Part shown: positions 12,566 through 25,237 of the stretch, in pieces
How positions within the stretch are numbered: position 1 is the stretch's first letter
How the letters are laid out: every line of letters starts with the position of its first letter
Assembly: GCF_037975245.1 (NCBI RefSeq)
Contig: NC_092575.1
Location: 8,269,331-8,333,330, forward strand
DNA length: 64,000 nt
Reading direction: 5' to 3'
From: Apostichopus japonicus
Lineage: Eukaryota
The notes under the pieces: model-generated
Database searches by the model: none
Told to the model about the DNA's origin: nothing
Seen by the model: the letters and a program-made list of their open reading frames with translations, nothing else
Program-made: the position numbers and the translations under genes

Positions 12566-13699
12566 AGTACTGGTGCGTTTAGGTTCCATATTGTAGAAAG
12601 TGATTGGTCAGCAGCGAATAGTTTCGTTTAGACGGATATATTGAAGGGAAGATTGTACTTCAAAATATGCATTTGGTTCTGTCTTGGCAGACTTTTAATT
12701 GAAATAATTATTAGTTCCTTATCTTCCACTTTGTTTTAAATTTTAAAGTTGACGGCGATGATGTAAAATTAACTGCTTACCCTTTATTTCGTTTTTGTCT
12801 TTGTTGAAAGATGTTAGAACCTTTTATTAAGAAGATGGAACGGGAGTGGGGTGGGAGTGGGGTGGGGTTAGAGGGCTTAGCTAATCAAGTTGTAGCTTGC
12901 GGTGTATAGTTGCTGAACCACCCTTGCTTCGCTATAGAAATGAAGAAAAAAAAAATTATAGCCTAATCAAATGTTCTGAACATGCGTTAATCTATACAAA
13001 GCATTTAATACGTTATGCACGTCAGATATTTCTTTTCTACCGAAAAACGTTTTCTGATTTATTTTACATACATTTTTAAATCGTTTCACCAGCTGAGATC
13101 AGGGTCTTTACTGGCTCTAAGCCTCTCACAAAGATACTAGCTTTGAATTCAAGTTTACTATTAAAACCATGAATTAACATATAGCCTGTTTTCTGGATTA
13201 TGTCATTTTTGTAATCGTTCTTAATCGAATTATCAGTTTCAAGTTAATTTCTGTTGCAGTGATCGAGTTTGAATGAAATCAATGAAATTTCGCTTATACC
13301 ACTCAAATATGTATTTTCTTTTCTCTTGTCCCTTTGATTCTGGAAATGTTATACATAGACAATTAGATATGAACCGTAGCACGATCAGAGGCGTATACAG
13401 TAGCTATAGGCATTCAGGTACCCGGTTCAAGATTTGCAGCGGCGATTTATAATTCGTCGAAACTGCATATGACACAAAGCCATAATGTGGGAACACAAAA
13501 TAGATTGTCTTGATACAATCATACTGACACCGAACCAGACAAATTATTGAGGGCGCAATTTATGTCGACTCTGCGATTTTTCAACGATTTGGGTTTTTTC
13601 GCGCGTGCAATAAATTTGTTTACTCCCTACAGCGCATATTTCGCTCACATAAATCGCGGAATATGTGTGAATTACAGTCAAAGTGCTACCACAGCATGG

Positions 13700-14140
13700 A
13701 GAAGAACAAAGGCCCTAGAAAATTCACACTTGGAACGAGCGCGTAGCCCGGGCGAGAAGTGGGGGAAGTCACCCCTCCCAAAACTAGAAAAAGAGAGGGA
13801 GACAGAGAAAAGAGAGAGAGAAAGTGTGACCATGAGCGGGGGAGGGGGGGGGGGGGGAGAACAACGTAGAGAGGTGTCACACAAAGTGTCAGAAGTGTGG
13901 AATACCTCATTCCCATATCATGACTGAAAATAGACTTCATAGAGAGAGCGGTGCATTTAAGCATTTTGTTCTCCACACTTTTGAAAAGCTATCGACGCCG
14001 GTAGCCTACATAGGGTCACACAATCGGAAAGGAGTGCAAACCACTAAATTGTAGGCTATATATATAGGGGCAGAAATCGAACAAATATGTTTTGGGCCTT
14101 TATTCAATCGAATTTGGACCGGTTGTGCGGGAAGTGGAGC
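13700..14140. repeat. Copy of an interspersed repeat shared with 62580-62960, in the same orientation.
   Basis: Compare …agaagtgtggaatacctcattcccatatcatgactgaaaatagacttcat…ttgaaaagctatcgacgccggtagcctacatagggtcacac…ggcagaaatcgaacaaatatgtttt… with …agaagtgtggaaattggaatattcttatttatgactaaaaatagaactcat…ttgcaaagctatctacaccggtagcctacatagagtcacac…ggagaaatccaacaaaaatgtctcg…. Confidence 0.6.
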
Positions 14141-15636
14141 GGACATTTTCTAAATTCAGCATCCGAAATACGAGTATCAATGGTAAACGAGAGACTGGAA
14201 GCTCTGCTTCAGTAGTATATATCGTGCCACTTCACCCCCCCCCCCCCTCCTTGGGAGTCCACACGGGGCGTCATTTCGGCAGTCCAAACGGGGCGAACAC
14301 GGGCATCATATCGGGATCCCCATTTTTCTATTTATTATTTCTTTCTTTATTTTTTTTATTTTTAAAGCGGACTCGCGTTTTTCACACGAGGTCGTCGTCG
14401 ACGTTTTCATCGACGTTGTTATCGTTAACAGCAAGGAATTTAATTAATTAATTACAAATATACACGTTGTCTCTTTTTCGGGGGCCGTTTCGTTGGAACA
14501 TGTTCCTTCAAGATGAAAGAGATTGAAGATAAAAAGCAATCAAAATGCTTATTGGAAACTTTTTTATTTTCGTGCGTTTATATATAAAAGCCGGTGACGC
14601 TGTTGGAAATGCACTTGATTTCTCTGATATTATATGATAAGTTCAAAATGTCTGGTGGATTCAAATATTGAAAATCTCACGTTGTGGCCGGTTGGGACGT
14701 TTGGACTAGCGCCCAAAAGTAGGAGTGCTGCCGGAGCCGCCTGGAAAAAAAATCGCATACCGGGACAATGTCTCCAGAGTAACAGAGACTTAGTACCGAA
14801 ACCTGCCTGGTACCGTTTAGACCTGAGAGGCTGCGGCGTTAAGTGCAATATATATTTATATAAGTGAGACGTCATAAACTACGTTCATGATTGGGAGAAA
14901 GATAAGTGGCCGACAGACGAGGAGGAGCGGAAGGCGAGGGTGCGAGAAACGGGCCCAGACCCATTTTATCAGCACGTTTCGCAGTGCTGCAAAGGTTTTC
15001 CAACGTGCAAAAACTGCATAGATTTCTCCTAAGATTGTCGACAGCCTCCTATCTGATGAACCGAACCACCAGCAAGCGACGAACTCAACGGCTCTTTTTA
15101 GGGCCACCAAATATTCCAGAAAGAGCAGGCTTTTATTCTGCGTTAAACATGCAATCTGTGTCTTTGTGCCTATTTTTATTGATTTGTTTTTACCCGTTTT
15201 CATAACATGCATTTTCACAAAGAATGATAGCTGTCTCCACTTTGACGGCCTGGTTTTATTCACGGTAAGCAGGCTCAAATATTAAGGAGGGAAACACTAA
15301 ACTTGCATGCGTTGAACTTATTGTCTGTAGTTTCTATTTATATATACTTGAATAATTTCTACCCAACGAATAAATTTTAGGCTAATCATAAGCAGTATTT
15401 TGAAAATATTAGTATAATTTTACATGGATAAAATCTCTCCCGATTGGATAAATATTGAAAACTCTGCAGCCTCTAAAGTCCGCCATATAGTACAGCTATA
15501 GTGGGCAGGGAAAACTGGCAGCTGTGATCCGTTGGTAGGGGTATGGGTAGGGGTATGGGTAGGGGTGGGGTAGGGGAAAAGAAGAAGAAGAAGAACCTTC
15601 TCCATTTGGGTCAATATAATACGAGATACCTGCGTG

Positions 15637-16006
15637 CAGTGGCGTAGGAAGGTACTTTTGAGTGGGGGGCTGAAGACTGATGGCTGGCCTGGGGGAGGGG
15701 TCCAAGGGGAGGGGTATCCCCCTCCCCTTTGGATTTTTTTTGCATTTCCAGGTGGCCTCAGATGCAATTTGGTGCAATATAGCACACTTCAACTCTTACT
15801 CCATTTTGTAAAGAATTTTGCATTTTCACCTGGCCTTAAATGCAATTTGGTGCTCCAAATGAGATTTTTTTCTCATTTGGAAATGAAAAAGGGGTTTTCT
15901 GACTTGCGGAGCGGGGGGGGGGGGGCGGAATGATACTTCCGCCCCCCATATTTTTCACTGGGGGGGGGGGCTGGCGCCCCCCAGCCCCCCGGTTCCTACG
16001 CCCTTG
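15637..16006 (+). mobile_element. hAT-like MITE, family A, second copy. 8-bp target-site duplication CCTGCGTG.
   Basis: CCTGCGTG is present at 15629-15636 and 16007-16014. Termini are CAGTGGCGTAGGAAGG…GGTTCCTACGCCCTTG. About 90% identical to the copy at 9967-10320, in opposite orientation. Confidence 0.8.
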
Positions 16007-16039
16007 CCTGCGTGACATGTACTTACCCTAACGTATTTA

Positions 16040-16260
16040 TGCTACGGTCAGAAGTTACCAACATATCATGGATATATTTAGGACCCAGTCCTCTAACAGA
16101 CTTAAACACAATATTATTTTAAAGTACACCCTCTCCTTGATTTTAAGCCAATGAAGATCATGGAATAGATCAGTCACATGATCATATGTACTTCTACCAT
16201 ATATCATTCTTGCAGCAAAATTTTGAACAGATTGGAGTTGATATAAATACACCGATAATC
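16040..16260 (-). mobile_element. 3'-terminal fragment of a CR1/L2-type LINE.
   Basis: Minus-strand ORF LYQLQSVQNFAARMIYGRSTYDHVTDLFHDLHWLKIKERVYFKIILCL matches the conserved C-terminal LQRVQNxAARxI…DHITP…LHWLPV…RIxFKIL motif of L2/CR1 elements. Confidence 0.5.
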
Positions 16261-17423
16261 CTATAATCCCCGGTAATCTCGACGATGAGTATATATAGGC
16301 CTATCCCAGAAGTATAACTTGAAGCTAACAGTTGTCTGATGATCGCTCAACGCGTGAAACTCTGAGTAACAACTACTAGTGTTCCACTAGTCTCAACATA
16401 TACTGCGGCAACATTTTATATTAGTACTGCACAAATGTTATTAAAATTGTGGACAAGATAGCACCATATTCACCTTCCACTTTATTAAAGTTTAAATCCC
16501 TGCCCTGTACGACTAACATCCTAGCAGTACAAAATTGGTGATTGCACTTACCGAACAAATATAAAAGCATTGAAAGGGGAAGAGAGACCTCCCCCCCCCC
16601 CCCCTCTTATAAAGAATTCTTAGCATAGTGTAGTCTATATGGTCATAAAAGTCATATCAATACAAGCATTCTCTGACCCTTAAATGAGGGGGGGGAATTA
16701 CCCACCCCTCCCCTGACCACGAAGGCTGGCTACTCGCCTGTCAACGGACAAATTAAACTTTCCATGTTTCCTTATCCATACGAAATGAGTAGGCTTTATA
16801 TACACAACTGTGAGTAAATTTTTCGACAACGCTGCCAGTTTTCCCACAACGCCTGGATCGCTTTTCTTCTCGCGCTATCAAATTGGCCTTTACACGTCCA
16901 ATGAGTGTGATAATATCTAGAAACTACCTTTCCCATCAGTTGGATTGCGAAACACATTTATTTGCAGGAAATCGCTCAGAACTCGAAGAAAAAGGAAATC
17001 GTGCACTGGTATGTACTTTTCATTATAAGGTATATACGAGAGAAATATAAAGGTTCGTTTTCAATGTCATTGTCATTGCCTGTACTTTTTTAACGATTAT
17101 TGGTTGACATCCGTTTTAATGCTTTGGGGACATTGTCGTAGAACTGGTACTATAGTCGATTTATACGAAGTTGTCCGTCAGTGTGGTTTGGGAAGTGTCA
17201 TGGCCTACAGAACGAACTTCATGACCAGTGATCTATGTTAAAGGTATGCTGTACAGACCCCAACTAAAGCAAGCTATCATGCAAAAGTTTGTTGAGATTA
17301 TGTATTAATTATGTACATTATTATGTATAAATCGAACTTGCCTTTGTAGTAACGCCTGCGACATATTCTTTCTTGTACTGTGAGGGTCTTTATGTGAACG
17401 CTCTATTACTAACTAGACTATAG

Positions 17424-18316
17424 CAGACCTGTCAACGCTCCCGGTTTTACCGGGAGACTCCCGGTTTTTACCCAAATCTCCCGGCCTCCCGGTTTCATAT
17501 TCTATTCTCCCGGTTTTTTAATGTTTCATCACTTGCGAACTTTCTGAAAATAGCCAACAGTTACCTGTAGTCCTATGCCTATCGCGTAATAAGTGTAATC
17601 TAAAAATAGATTGTTTACAAACACGTTACGACTGACACAGTGCTGTGCGGGACTCTCAACCAATAGCAGGCTGCTTTGTCAGTTCTCAGACTTAGCCCAA
17701 TGTTGTTATTGTACGTTGGCCTTGGTCGAGTCCTGAATACAGTACAGTAGTACGGCGTGCACTGTGCATATGCCATGGTGCACAAGTTTAATTAGCACAA
17801 GTTGTCACTTGTTTGTATATGCGGCCTACCGAATGTGTGCAGTTCGCATGTAGGCTACTTGTATACGACAAAAAACAGTTAAGTTCTATGCCGGCACACA
17901 CTTTACCTGGGTCCTCTTCGATGCTAGGTGAATATCATGTCTTAAACTACGATTTAAGAAACGGCTGTTTCAAACATCTCACTAATTCTTTCGGCGACTT
18001 TAATCTCTATTCATTGAGCACAATAGCATAACCTGCGTATCAACCCGTACAGGGATTATACGAGGTGTCTACGCGGCAATTTGTTTGTCAACGATTTTAT
18101 ACGCGATTGTACTTGTTTATACGTCTTTAAACTATCCTGTGCGCGTACACATGTCCAGTTATACATGAGCGGTACTGTAGACTATTTATTTAGGAGTATT
18201 TATATAATTTCAGTTGAAAATTACCAACCTCCCTATTTTCCCCTTATTCTCCCGGTGTTTTGGCCCTGAAAAATGTTATTCTCCCTATTTTGGGGTCAAA
18301 CAGGTTGACAGGTCTG
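17424..18316. mobile_element. Non-autonomous DNA transposon (~0.9 kb) with TIR CAGACCTGTCAAC(G)CTCCCGGTTTTACCGGGAGACTCCCGG… and 6-bp target-site duplication CTATAG.
   Basis: Inverted termini at 17424-17436 and 18304-18316. Flanking CTATAG on both sides. A shorter derivative copy lies at 26325-26581. The internal ORF (17813-18031) is uninformative. Confidence 0.7.
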
Positions 18317-19384
18317 CTATAGACATGAAAATATTTCCACACAGTGTTTACACAAAGAGCCTATAAGAACAAAGATTGCAAAACTAACATAAAGCTTCAA
18401 ATTAGATTTTGGTTTGCTTGTTATTATAAATGACAATAAAGCCTTTTATATGTATTCTTAGTACAGCAAAATGGAGGTGGTTGCTATCCATTTGATACAA
18501 ACAATAGATTGTCATGTCTACCGAGTACCTCCTATGAAAAAACTACACTGTCGATATAAACTTATAAATGGATTATCAAATTAAAGCTACTTGTGTTCAG
18601 TGCACATATATACAACATTTTCATGAAAAAGTTGAGAAATAATCAATAGAGTTCAGTTTATATTACAAAACAACTCATAGTAAAGAGATATTACTGGTGG
18701 GTGGGGGGAGGGGAGGTTTGGAGAATGGAAGCAGTACTTTGAATTAGAATTTAAATTTTATATTTTGTTCTTTTGAAGTATTGAAGTATTGGTATGAAAA
18801 ATTTCCTCTCCAGCTTTCAATAAGCCTACTTGTGCAGTGCAAGTACCTTGCAAATGTGCTCATCAGTCTATTTATTTCTCATACAATTTTTTTTTTAAAT
18901 AAGATTAGAAATATTAAGTAAGTTTAGCATAATGATATCATCTATATGCTACCAACAGATTTATAAGGTGCAGATATGGCATTCAGAAGTGCATTATTTA
19001 TGAGACATGGAGTGAAGTGCATCCTTAAAAGGGAAGGCAGACAGCAGCTATGTAGAAATAAAGGTTCGTATGATTATTAACTTTGACAAAATTTCATGTT
19101 ATTGGATAGCGCCCTCGCAAAGTAGGTTTTCAATTGTGTTATGATACTGTATTGAAGAGTCATTATGATTGCCTATCACAGATAAAACTTCAGTTTCATT
19201 GTGATTAAATAATTTATTTAAAATATTAGTTGAAAACGTTTGAACTGTGTTAAGTGCACAACCTCCCTGTGATGGTAGGGGTATTCTAGGGAAGGAGGAG
19301 GTTGAGGGTGTGATGATGGATGCAATGAGGAATATGAGTGGCTGAGAAAAGGGGTAACTGCAACAAGTTTATGTTCTACACTTT

Positions 19385-19391
19385 TTATATC

Positions 19392-19429
<38 letters not shown>

Positions 19430-19430
19430 T

Positions 19431-19475
<45 letters not shown>
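19385..19475. repeat. Microsatellite (TAGA)n followed by (CAGA)n.
   Basis: Direct reading: ctagatagatagatagacagacagacag…. Confidence 0.95.
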
Positions 19476-19867
19476 TTGTTTATTCAATCAATGAGCAATA
19501 AAATTACACATCGAAAATTAAAACATTCCTCAAGCTCCTTAGAATAGAAATAGAAGAATAGAATAAAAGAATAATATGTGCAAATAATAATTTACAGGTT
19601 ATTATAAAGTTTGACGGCAGATGGAAAGAAAGATGAAAGATCTGTCTAAAGTCTCTGCCTAATCTGGTAGGAGTTATTGCAAGTACCCTGTCCATTATCA
19701 CAGCAACACTAGTAACACTAATCGACAGCATTGGTTTAATGAAGATAGCTCGTAGGTCCTTCTTGCACATAGGTATAACACAGTTACACCTTTTAATCAA
19801 CATTTACCATAGATACAAATGGAGTGTTGGTTTATTATCATTACTGTATACATACTTTCTTCTCATT

Positions 19868-20960
19868 AGCCCGGGTGTGATCTCCGTATAAAGCCCACAA
19901 GTGTTTTGTTAGTTTCTGAAGGTGTTCCCCAAAGTTCAATATTAGGACCACTTCTATTCATTATATATATATATCAATGGCATCTGTCATATCTCTAATA
20001 TTGCAAAAACTATTTTATTTGCAGATGACACTAGTATATATTTTGATTCCAATACAAATTTACATGACATAGTATCCATGGAGTTGAATAAATTTTACGA
20101 CTGGTTTGCAATTACTAAGCTATCACTTAATCTTGATAAAACCAGCTACATTGTTTTCAATAAAAGTAAACCTTTTTCTTGGAAAAAAGATATTTTAATG
20201 GATGGTAAGCCAATCAAGCATGTACATAGTACTAAGTTTCACAGAGTATATATTGATAGTTAACTAATACTTAGTGTGAACATATATCAAATATTGCAAA
20301 CACACATGGCGAAAAATGTTGGTATCATTTCTAAGTTGAAACACTACTTTCCTCAGAATATTCTTAGAATGCTTTACCCATATTAGTTTTCCCCATTTTT
20401 TATATTGCTCTATTACAGTATCTGGTCTGGCGCCTAAAATGTTTATCTTCACCCTCTTGAAATCCTACAAAAGAAAGTTATCGTCATATAACTCATTCTG
20501 AATATCGTGAACACACCAGCTCACTTTTAAAAATGCTCAACTTATTAAATCTAGCAATATTCTTAGGCTGAATGTAGCCACATTCTCTTACAAGGCTTGG
20601 AATGGCTTACTTCCTGCAGCCTTTCATGACTTCTTTACTATAAACAGCGCCATACATAGTCACCGCACTAGAAGTGCTTGTCAAGCACACCACAACTTAT
20701 GTAATACAACATTTGGTACGTTAAGTTTAAAGAATCGTGCTATAAGGACATGGAATTCTCTTACTGCTACTATAAAATCTAAACCATCTAAAGTAACATT
20801 TAGTAATTTCTCAGTATTGATACGTTGTTTATATTGTATGTTATAAATTATTCCTTATTAAGATTTCCAATTATGCATATACATTTTTCCCTTGGGAGTC
20901 CTTTTACTTTGTTAAGCCTGTATTGGCTTTTTTAAGGACTTCCCTCCACATTTATATTAT
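19868..20960 (+). mobile_element. 5'-truncated, frameshifted non-LTR retrotransposon (CR1/L2-like LINE) fragment. Covers reverse-transcriptase domains 5-7 and the 3' region.
   Basis: Translations GVPQSSILGPLLFIIYI, then (after a frameshift) ILFADDTSIYFDS…LNKFYDWFAITKLSLNLDKTSYIVF (FADD catalytic box), then …KAWNGLLPAAFHDFFTINSAIHSHRTRSA… typical of LINE 3' ends. A (TTA)n tract lies at 20941-20960. Confidence 0.6.
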
Positions 20961-21169
20961 TATTATTATTACGCTGTTATTTATATAGCGCATAATCCAC
21001 AAGTTCTATGCGCTTTGACAACTTATATATTTATTACCTGTGGAAAATAAATAAATAAACACACCAGTTTCATTCCCTTATCTTTGATACTTTATGTTCT
21101 TGCTGTACTGTGCTTGTTTTATATTATTTGTGAAAGAAACAAGTAAGCTGAAATAAATTGAATTTTCAG

Positions 21170-21369
21170 GTAGTCACTCCTCATGGAAATCTCAGTTTGT
21201 GGGAGCTGGTATCATTGGCTACGTGCAGAATTTGAAATGGGTGCCAATTCCACTTGGCATTGGATTTGCTTATATATGTTACCAGCAGTACGGACATATC
21301 AAGAAAAGGGAGCAGAGGATGATACAAGGTGCTTCCAGTGTAGAAGAAACATTAGCTAAAGACTGGCAG
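21170..21369 (+). CDS. PISD: Phosphatidylserine decarboxylase, N-terminal region exon. Encodes …VGAGIIGYVQNLKWVPIPLGIGFAYICYQQYGHIKKREQRMIQGASSVEETLAKDWQ. Ends in phase 0. The 5' boundary is uncertain, and the exon or exons carrying the start codon were not found.
   Basis: Similarity to human PISD …[45 protein letters not shown]. Donor CAG|GTAAGT at 21370. Joins in-frame to the exon at 39460, giving DWQ|VTLYR…, which matches human HWE|VALYK…. Confidence 0.6.
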
Positions 21370-21639
21370 GTAAGTCTGTGTAATTCTCGTCAATTCACCT
21401 CTTTTGGTAAAATAAATTAGCATCAGATGTGTACAATATAGGGTATGCATATCTCGTGAAATTTCCTCTATTTTATAGTTTAAAAAAGGTTGCATATAAC
21501 AGAATTGAATTATTTTTGGTTTCGATGATAATCGTAACCTATGCATTCTTGATGGCGCATCGGTGTGTGTGTGAGTGCGTTTATGACGCCCAGCTTGTAA
21601 ACACGATATCTCAAGAAAGGAAGGTCAGACCAATTTCAT

Positions 21640-22030
21640 ATTTAGTTTGTAGAAGTACCACATTGAGTAAAAGAAGTCTATTGTTTTTAGTGGAGGTTAA
21701 AGGTCATTTGGGGTCACCAGGGGTCAAATTGTGGAAACATTGTAAACGTGATATCTCAAGAGGGAATCATGGGCAGACCTCATATTTGGTGTGTTGGAGT
21801 ACCACATTGTGTAAAAGAAGTCTACTGTTTTTGGAAGAGGGCAAAGGTCATTTGGCATCACCAGTGGTCAAATTGTGGAAACCTTGTAATCACGATATCT
21901 CAATACTGGAAGCTTGGCTCTAATGTAGTGTGTAGAAGAACCACATTGAGTTAAAGAAGCCTATTGTTTTTGGTGGAGGTCAAAGGTCATTTGGGGTCAT
22001 CAGAGGTCAAATCGTGAAACCCTTGTAAAC
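21640..22030. repeat. Tandem array (~3 units of ~125-130 bp) of a satellite-like repeat. Unit: …gtagaagtaccacattgagtaaaagaagtctattgtttttagtggaggttaaaggtcatttggggtcaccaggggtcaaattgtggaaacattgtaaacgtgatatctcaagaggga….
   Basis: Three head-to-tail units are visible directly. Related dispersed copies lie at 44940-45410, 50480-50830 and 53600-53830. Confidence 0.7.
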
Positions 22031-23776
22031 ATGTACATACTCACTACACATTACGTCAGATTCATGAAGAAAACTGCTCATGTTATATCATCGAAACCAC
22101 AATGCATTTTTCATTCTGGTTTAATTAAAGAAAAGGAAAGAAGTCATTGAACCACTCACTTCAGGATAATATGTCATGTGCTCTACCATCTGAGCCCATA
22201 TTTGATGGCAATCCCAATATAATTATTCCTTTGCTGGGTGAGCCAGTCAAGAGTAACCAGGGATCACACAATATTATCATTCAATTCAAATCTTGAAGGG
22301 AATGGAAGAGATTTACAACTTGTAATAAGAACAAATTCAAGTAAATCACGAATAAAAATCTAACTGAGAAAAGGTTACAAAAATTAAGAGCAAAGAAAAA
22401 TGTTTGGAAAGAAGAATTAAAATAGTGACCTATTGATTGCAGTTGCTATCTTCTATAAAGTGAGTAACCCAACCCATAGTTGGAGGCAACTATTTTTTCT
22501 TTGCTGGGGTGCCAGTCAGAAGCAACAATACCTTGAATTCCATGTGACCAGGAAACACATTCCACCATCATTCCATGCAATCCAGAAATTAACAGGGTCA
22601 GGATTTCTCAAAAGAATTGGCTTTCCCAAAAATTGGATTTCCCCCAAAAAAAGTAATTCACATACAGAGAATGTACTGCAAAATATAAATCTCACAGTCA
22701 GGCTCATGTTCATAATTTACTATCAACATGCCCATAGTATGTTTTGTACTTACAGGACATTGCATAACAAGCTTAACATTACTAACTGATACTTACATTT
22801 TACATCTGAAGGTAAAAACAATTACATATTGTTGAAGTTATGAGAGTAGGAATCCTGTTTAGCATCTGTTGATATTTCAATAACTCATTTTGTTTTACAC
22901 AATTTTTAGGTACTCCAAACTGTGTAGATGAACCCCATTGGGTTTGGTAGAAGTCAATTAGAAAAGTTTTGACAAGATTACAGATGAAAGATATTGCAGT
23001 TTGGCAGTGTCTGTAATAGTGTCACAACAATTTCATTGAAATGGTTTACGTATGTTTAACTTTGTTTAAGAAATTTGTTAAAGCTTGCATATCTAGATAG
23101 TTCTTCTTTAATATTTTTGCTGTAAATTTCCTTAGATTTTAATGTGCATATCATGAGAAAGACTTGATTTATTCTGTGAAGGCACTAGGTATACCCTAAA
23201 CTGTATATGAAGAAAATGTATGTTTCTGTCTATCCACTGTGTCATGAAATTCACATGTGTTCTACATTCCATGACTGCACAACCATAACAAATCATTTGA
23301 CTCTGTTCTATCTAGATGGTTGTCAAAGTTTTGTCTGTTTAATTTAAAACAATAAGTTTCTTCCACTGTATACCAACTGTCACCTTACAATGCCTTGATA
23401 AATCCCCTGATAGTTCAGATATCTTCAGACCTTCCTGAAGGTGACTTACACCCACTGCCAAAGTGTCAGCATTACACAATCTCAACTTTGCAGCTCAAGT
23501 TCTGAATAGAGAGGTTTCTAACAAACAATGCTCAATGTCTACAGACAACATTAAGTTTGAAGATAACATTTTACACAAGAAGGCAATTATGGTTTAGAAG
23601 TTGTTACTGTGCATAACACTGCCATTGCATGTTCTAATTAGCTCATGCTCTTATTTGTTTTAGAAAACAATGCTATGTTAGTATGTTTCAAGTAATGTTT
23701 GTTATTGCCTGATATTGATCTTAATAATGAAGTTATATGGGGATGCTAACATACTTAAACAAATTTCGTTGGTATT

Positions 23777-24069
23777 CAGGCGCGTAGCCAGGAATTTGCC
23801 AAGGGAGGGGCGAAACTGTAGATTCGGCATTGCAAACTATTTAAGCGTAGCACCACCATGGTTGGCACGAAGCGTACAAGAAAATTTTGGCTGAAAATGC
23901 CTCCCAGATCGCTGGAAATGGCACTTCCCAGGCCTTGTAAGTTGCATCTTAGCATTTTCTCTTTTGAAAATACTAGCGATATCTTAAAAACATTAAAATA
24001 TTTTTTTTTAAATATGCTCAAGGGGGGGGCAGCTGCCCCCTTCGCCCCCCCCCCTTGGCTACGCGCCTG
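23777..24069. mobile_element. hAT-like MITE, family B (293 bp). 16-bp TIR CAGGCGCGTAGCCAGG/CTTGGCTACGCGCCTG. Perfect 8-bp target-site duplication TTGGTATT.
   Basis: TTGGTATT is present at 23769-23776 and 24070-24077. Perfect terminal inverted repeat. A related fragment (…aaaatgcctcccagat…ggaaatggcacttc…) lies at 7670-7780. Confidence 0.8.
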
Positions 24070-24394
24070 TTGGTATTATAATGTGATATAAAACTTTATA
24101 GGTTTCAGAGGCTTTGAAATTCTGCAAAAATGATTTGCGATGAAATTACGTCATGTGAATTCTAAAATGAAATTTATTTTGATGTCACTCCTTCCTCTGT
24201 TTGCTGTGGACGTCATGATTACACTTACAAAGATAGACAGCAGGTAAAAATCCACATTTGTAGGAAAAATTGATCAGGTGATTCTTCCAAATCTTAGCTG
24301 GTTTTCCTCTATGACTCTAAAGGCAATGTGCATAGACATGTATACTTCACCAACCTTTTCTCCTAAACCCTTTCTTTCTCTTCCCATCCATCCC

Positions 24395-24660
24395 CTTTCC
24401 TTCCCTTCCCTTGCCTTGCCTTGCCTTGCCTTGCCTTGCCTTGCCTTGCCTTGCCTTGCCTTGCCTTGCCTTGCCTTGCCTTGCCTTGCCTTGCCTTGCC
24501 TTGCCTTGCCTTGCCTTGCCTTGCCTTGCCTTGCCTTGCCTTGCCTTGCCTTGCCTTGCCTTGCCTTGCCTTGCCTTGCCTTGCCTTCCCTTGCCTTCCC
24601 TTCCCTTCCCTTCCCTTCCCTTCCCTTCCCTTCCCTTCCCTTCCCTTCCCTCCCATTCCC
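24395..24660. repeat. Microsatellite: (CCTTG)n of ~38 units, grading into (CCCTT)n of ~11 units.
   Basis: Direct reading of the sequence. Confidence 0.95.
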
Positions 24661-25237
24661 CAACAAAAAGTGGTTGTGTAATATCTCTGATTAAAAATAC
24701 AAATTGGTTGACTTGATTTTATTAATGATGGAAGAAGGTTAAGTTACGTTTTAGTCAAATTTGACCTTTAATGCTATTTGTTCATTTCAGTTCAGTTTAG
24801 ATGGCATGACCAATACAGACAAATTGTATTACATAGACTATTTTACTTGAATGGTAAGGTGATGGAGCAGGTAGAAAGAATTGATTAAACATTTACTAAA
24901 TCTGTTTGTTGTTATTGTATTGTTCTACTTGTTACAGCTTATTGCTACATTGATAACAGGAGGATGATTAAGCAGTTTGCTGAGTTGTGTTGGTGCACAT
25001 TAATTGAGATTGGATAAGTACAGTGACTACTAAATCAACAACTTTTAGCAAAGAATATGTCAGCTGTTAAAATGCATTTGGGAGAAATACAGCTCGAATG
25101 ATGACCCAGGCAGATTTTCATGTAAGGGCAAACAGTGTAGGACATTAGGAGGATAGGCATTAGCAGGCCATAAGTTGGAAGTATTACAGCCACTTTCCAT
25201 CCCTCATCTAGCAATGCAGGCCTTGATTGAACTCTGA

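Noticed and set aside
19218-19487. ORF with 'CLSVCLSVCLSV' on the minus strand
   Set aside because: Translation of the (CAGA)n microsatellite.
24274-24716. ORFs of 86-138 aa on both strands (…LPCLALPCLALPCL… and …GKARQGKARQ…)
   Set aside because: They are translations of the (CCTTG)n/(CCCTT)n microsatellite.
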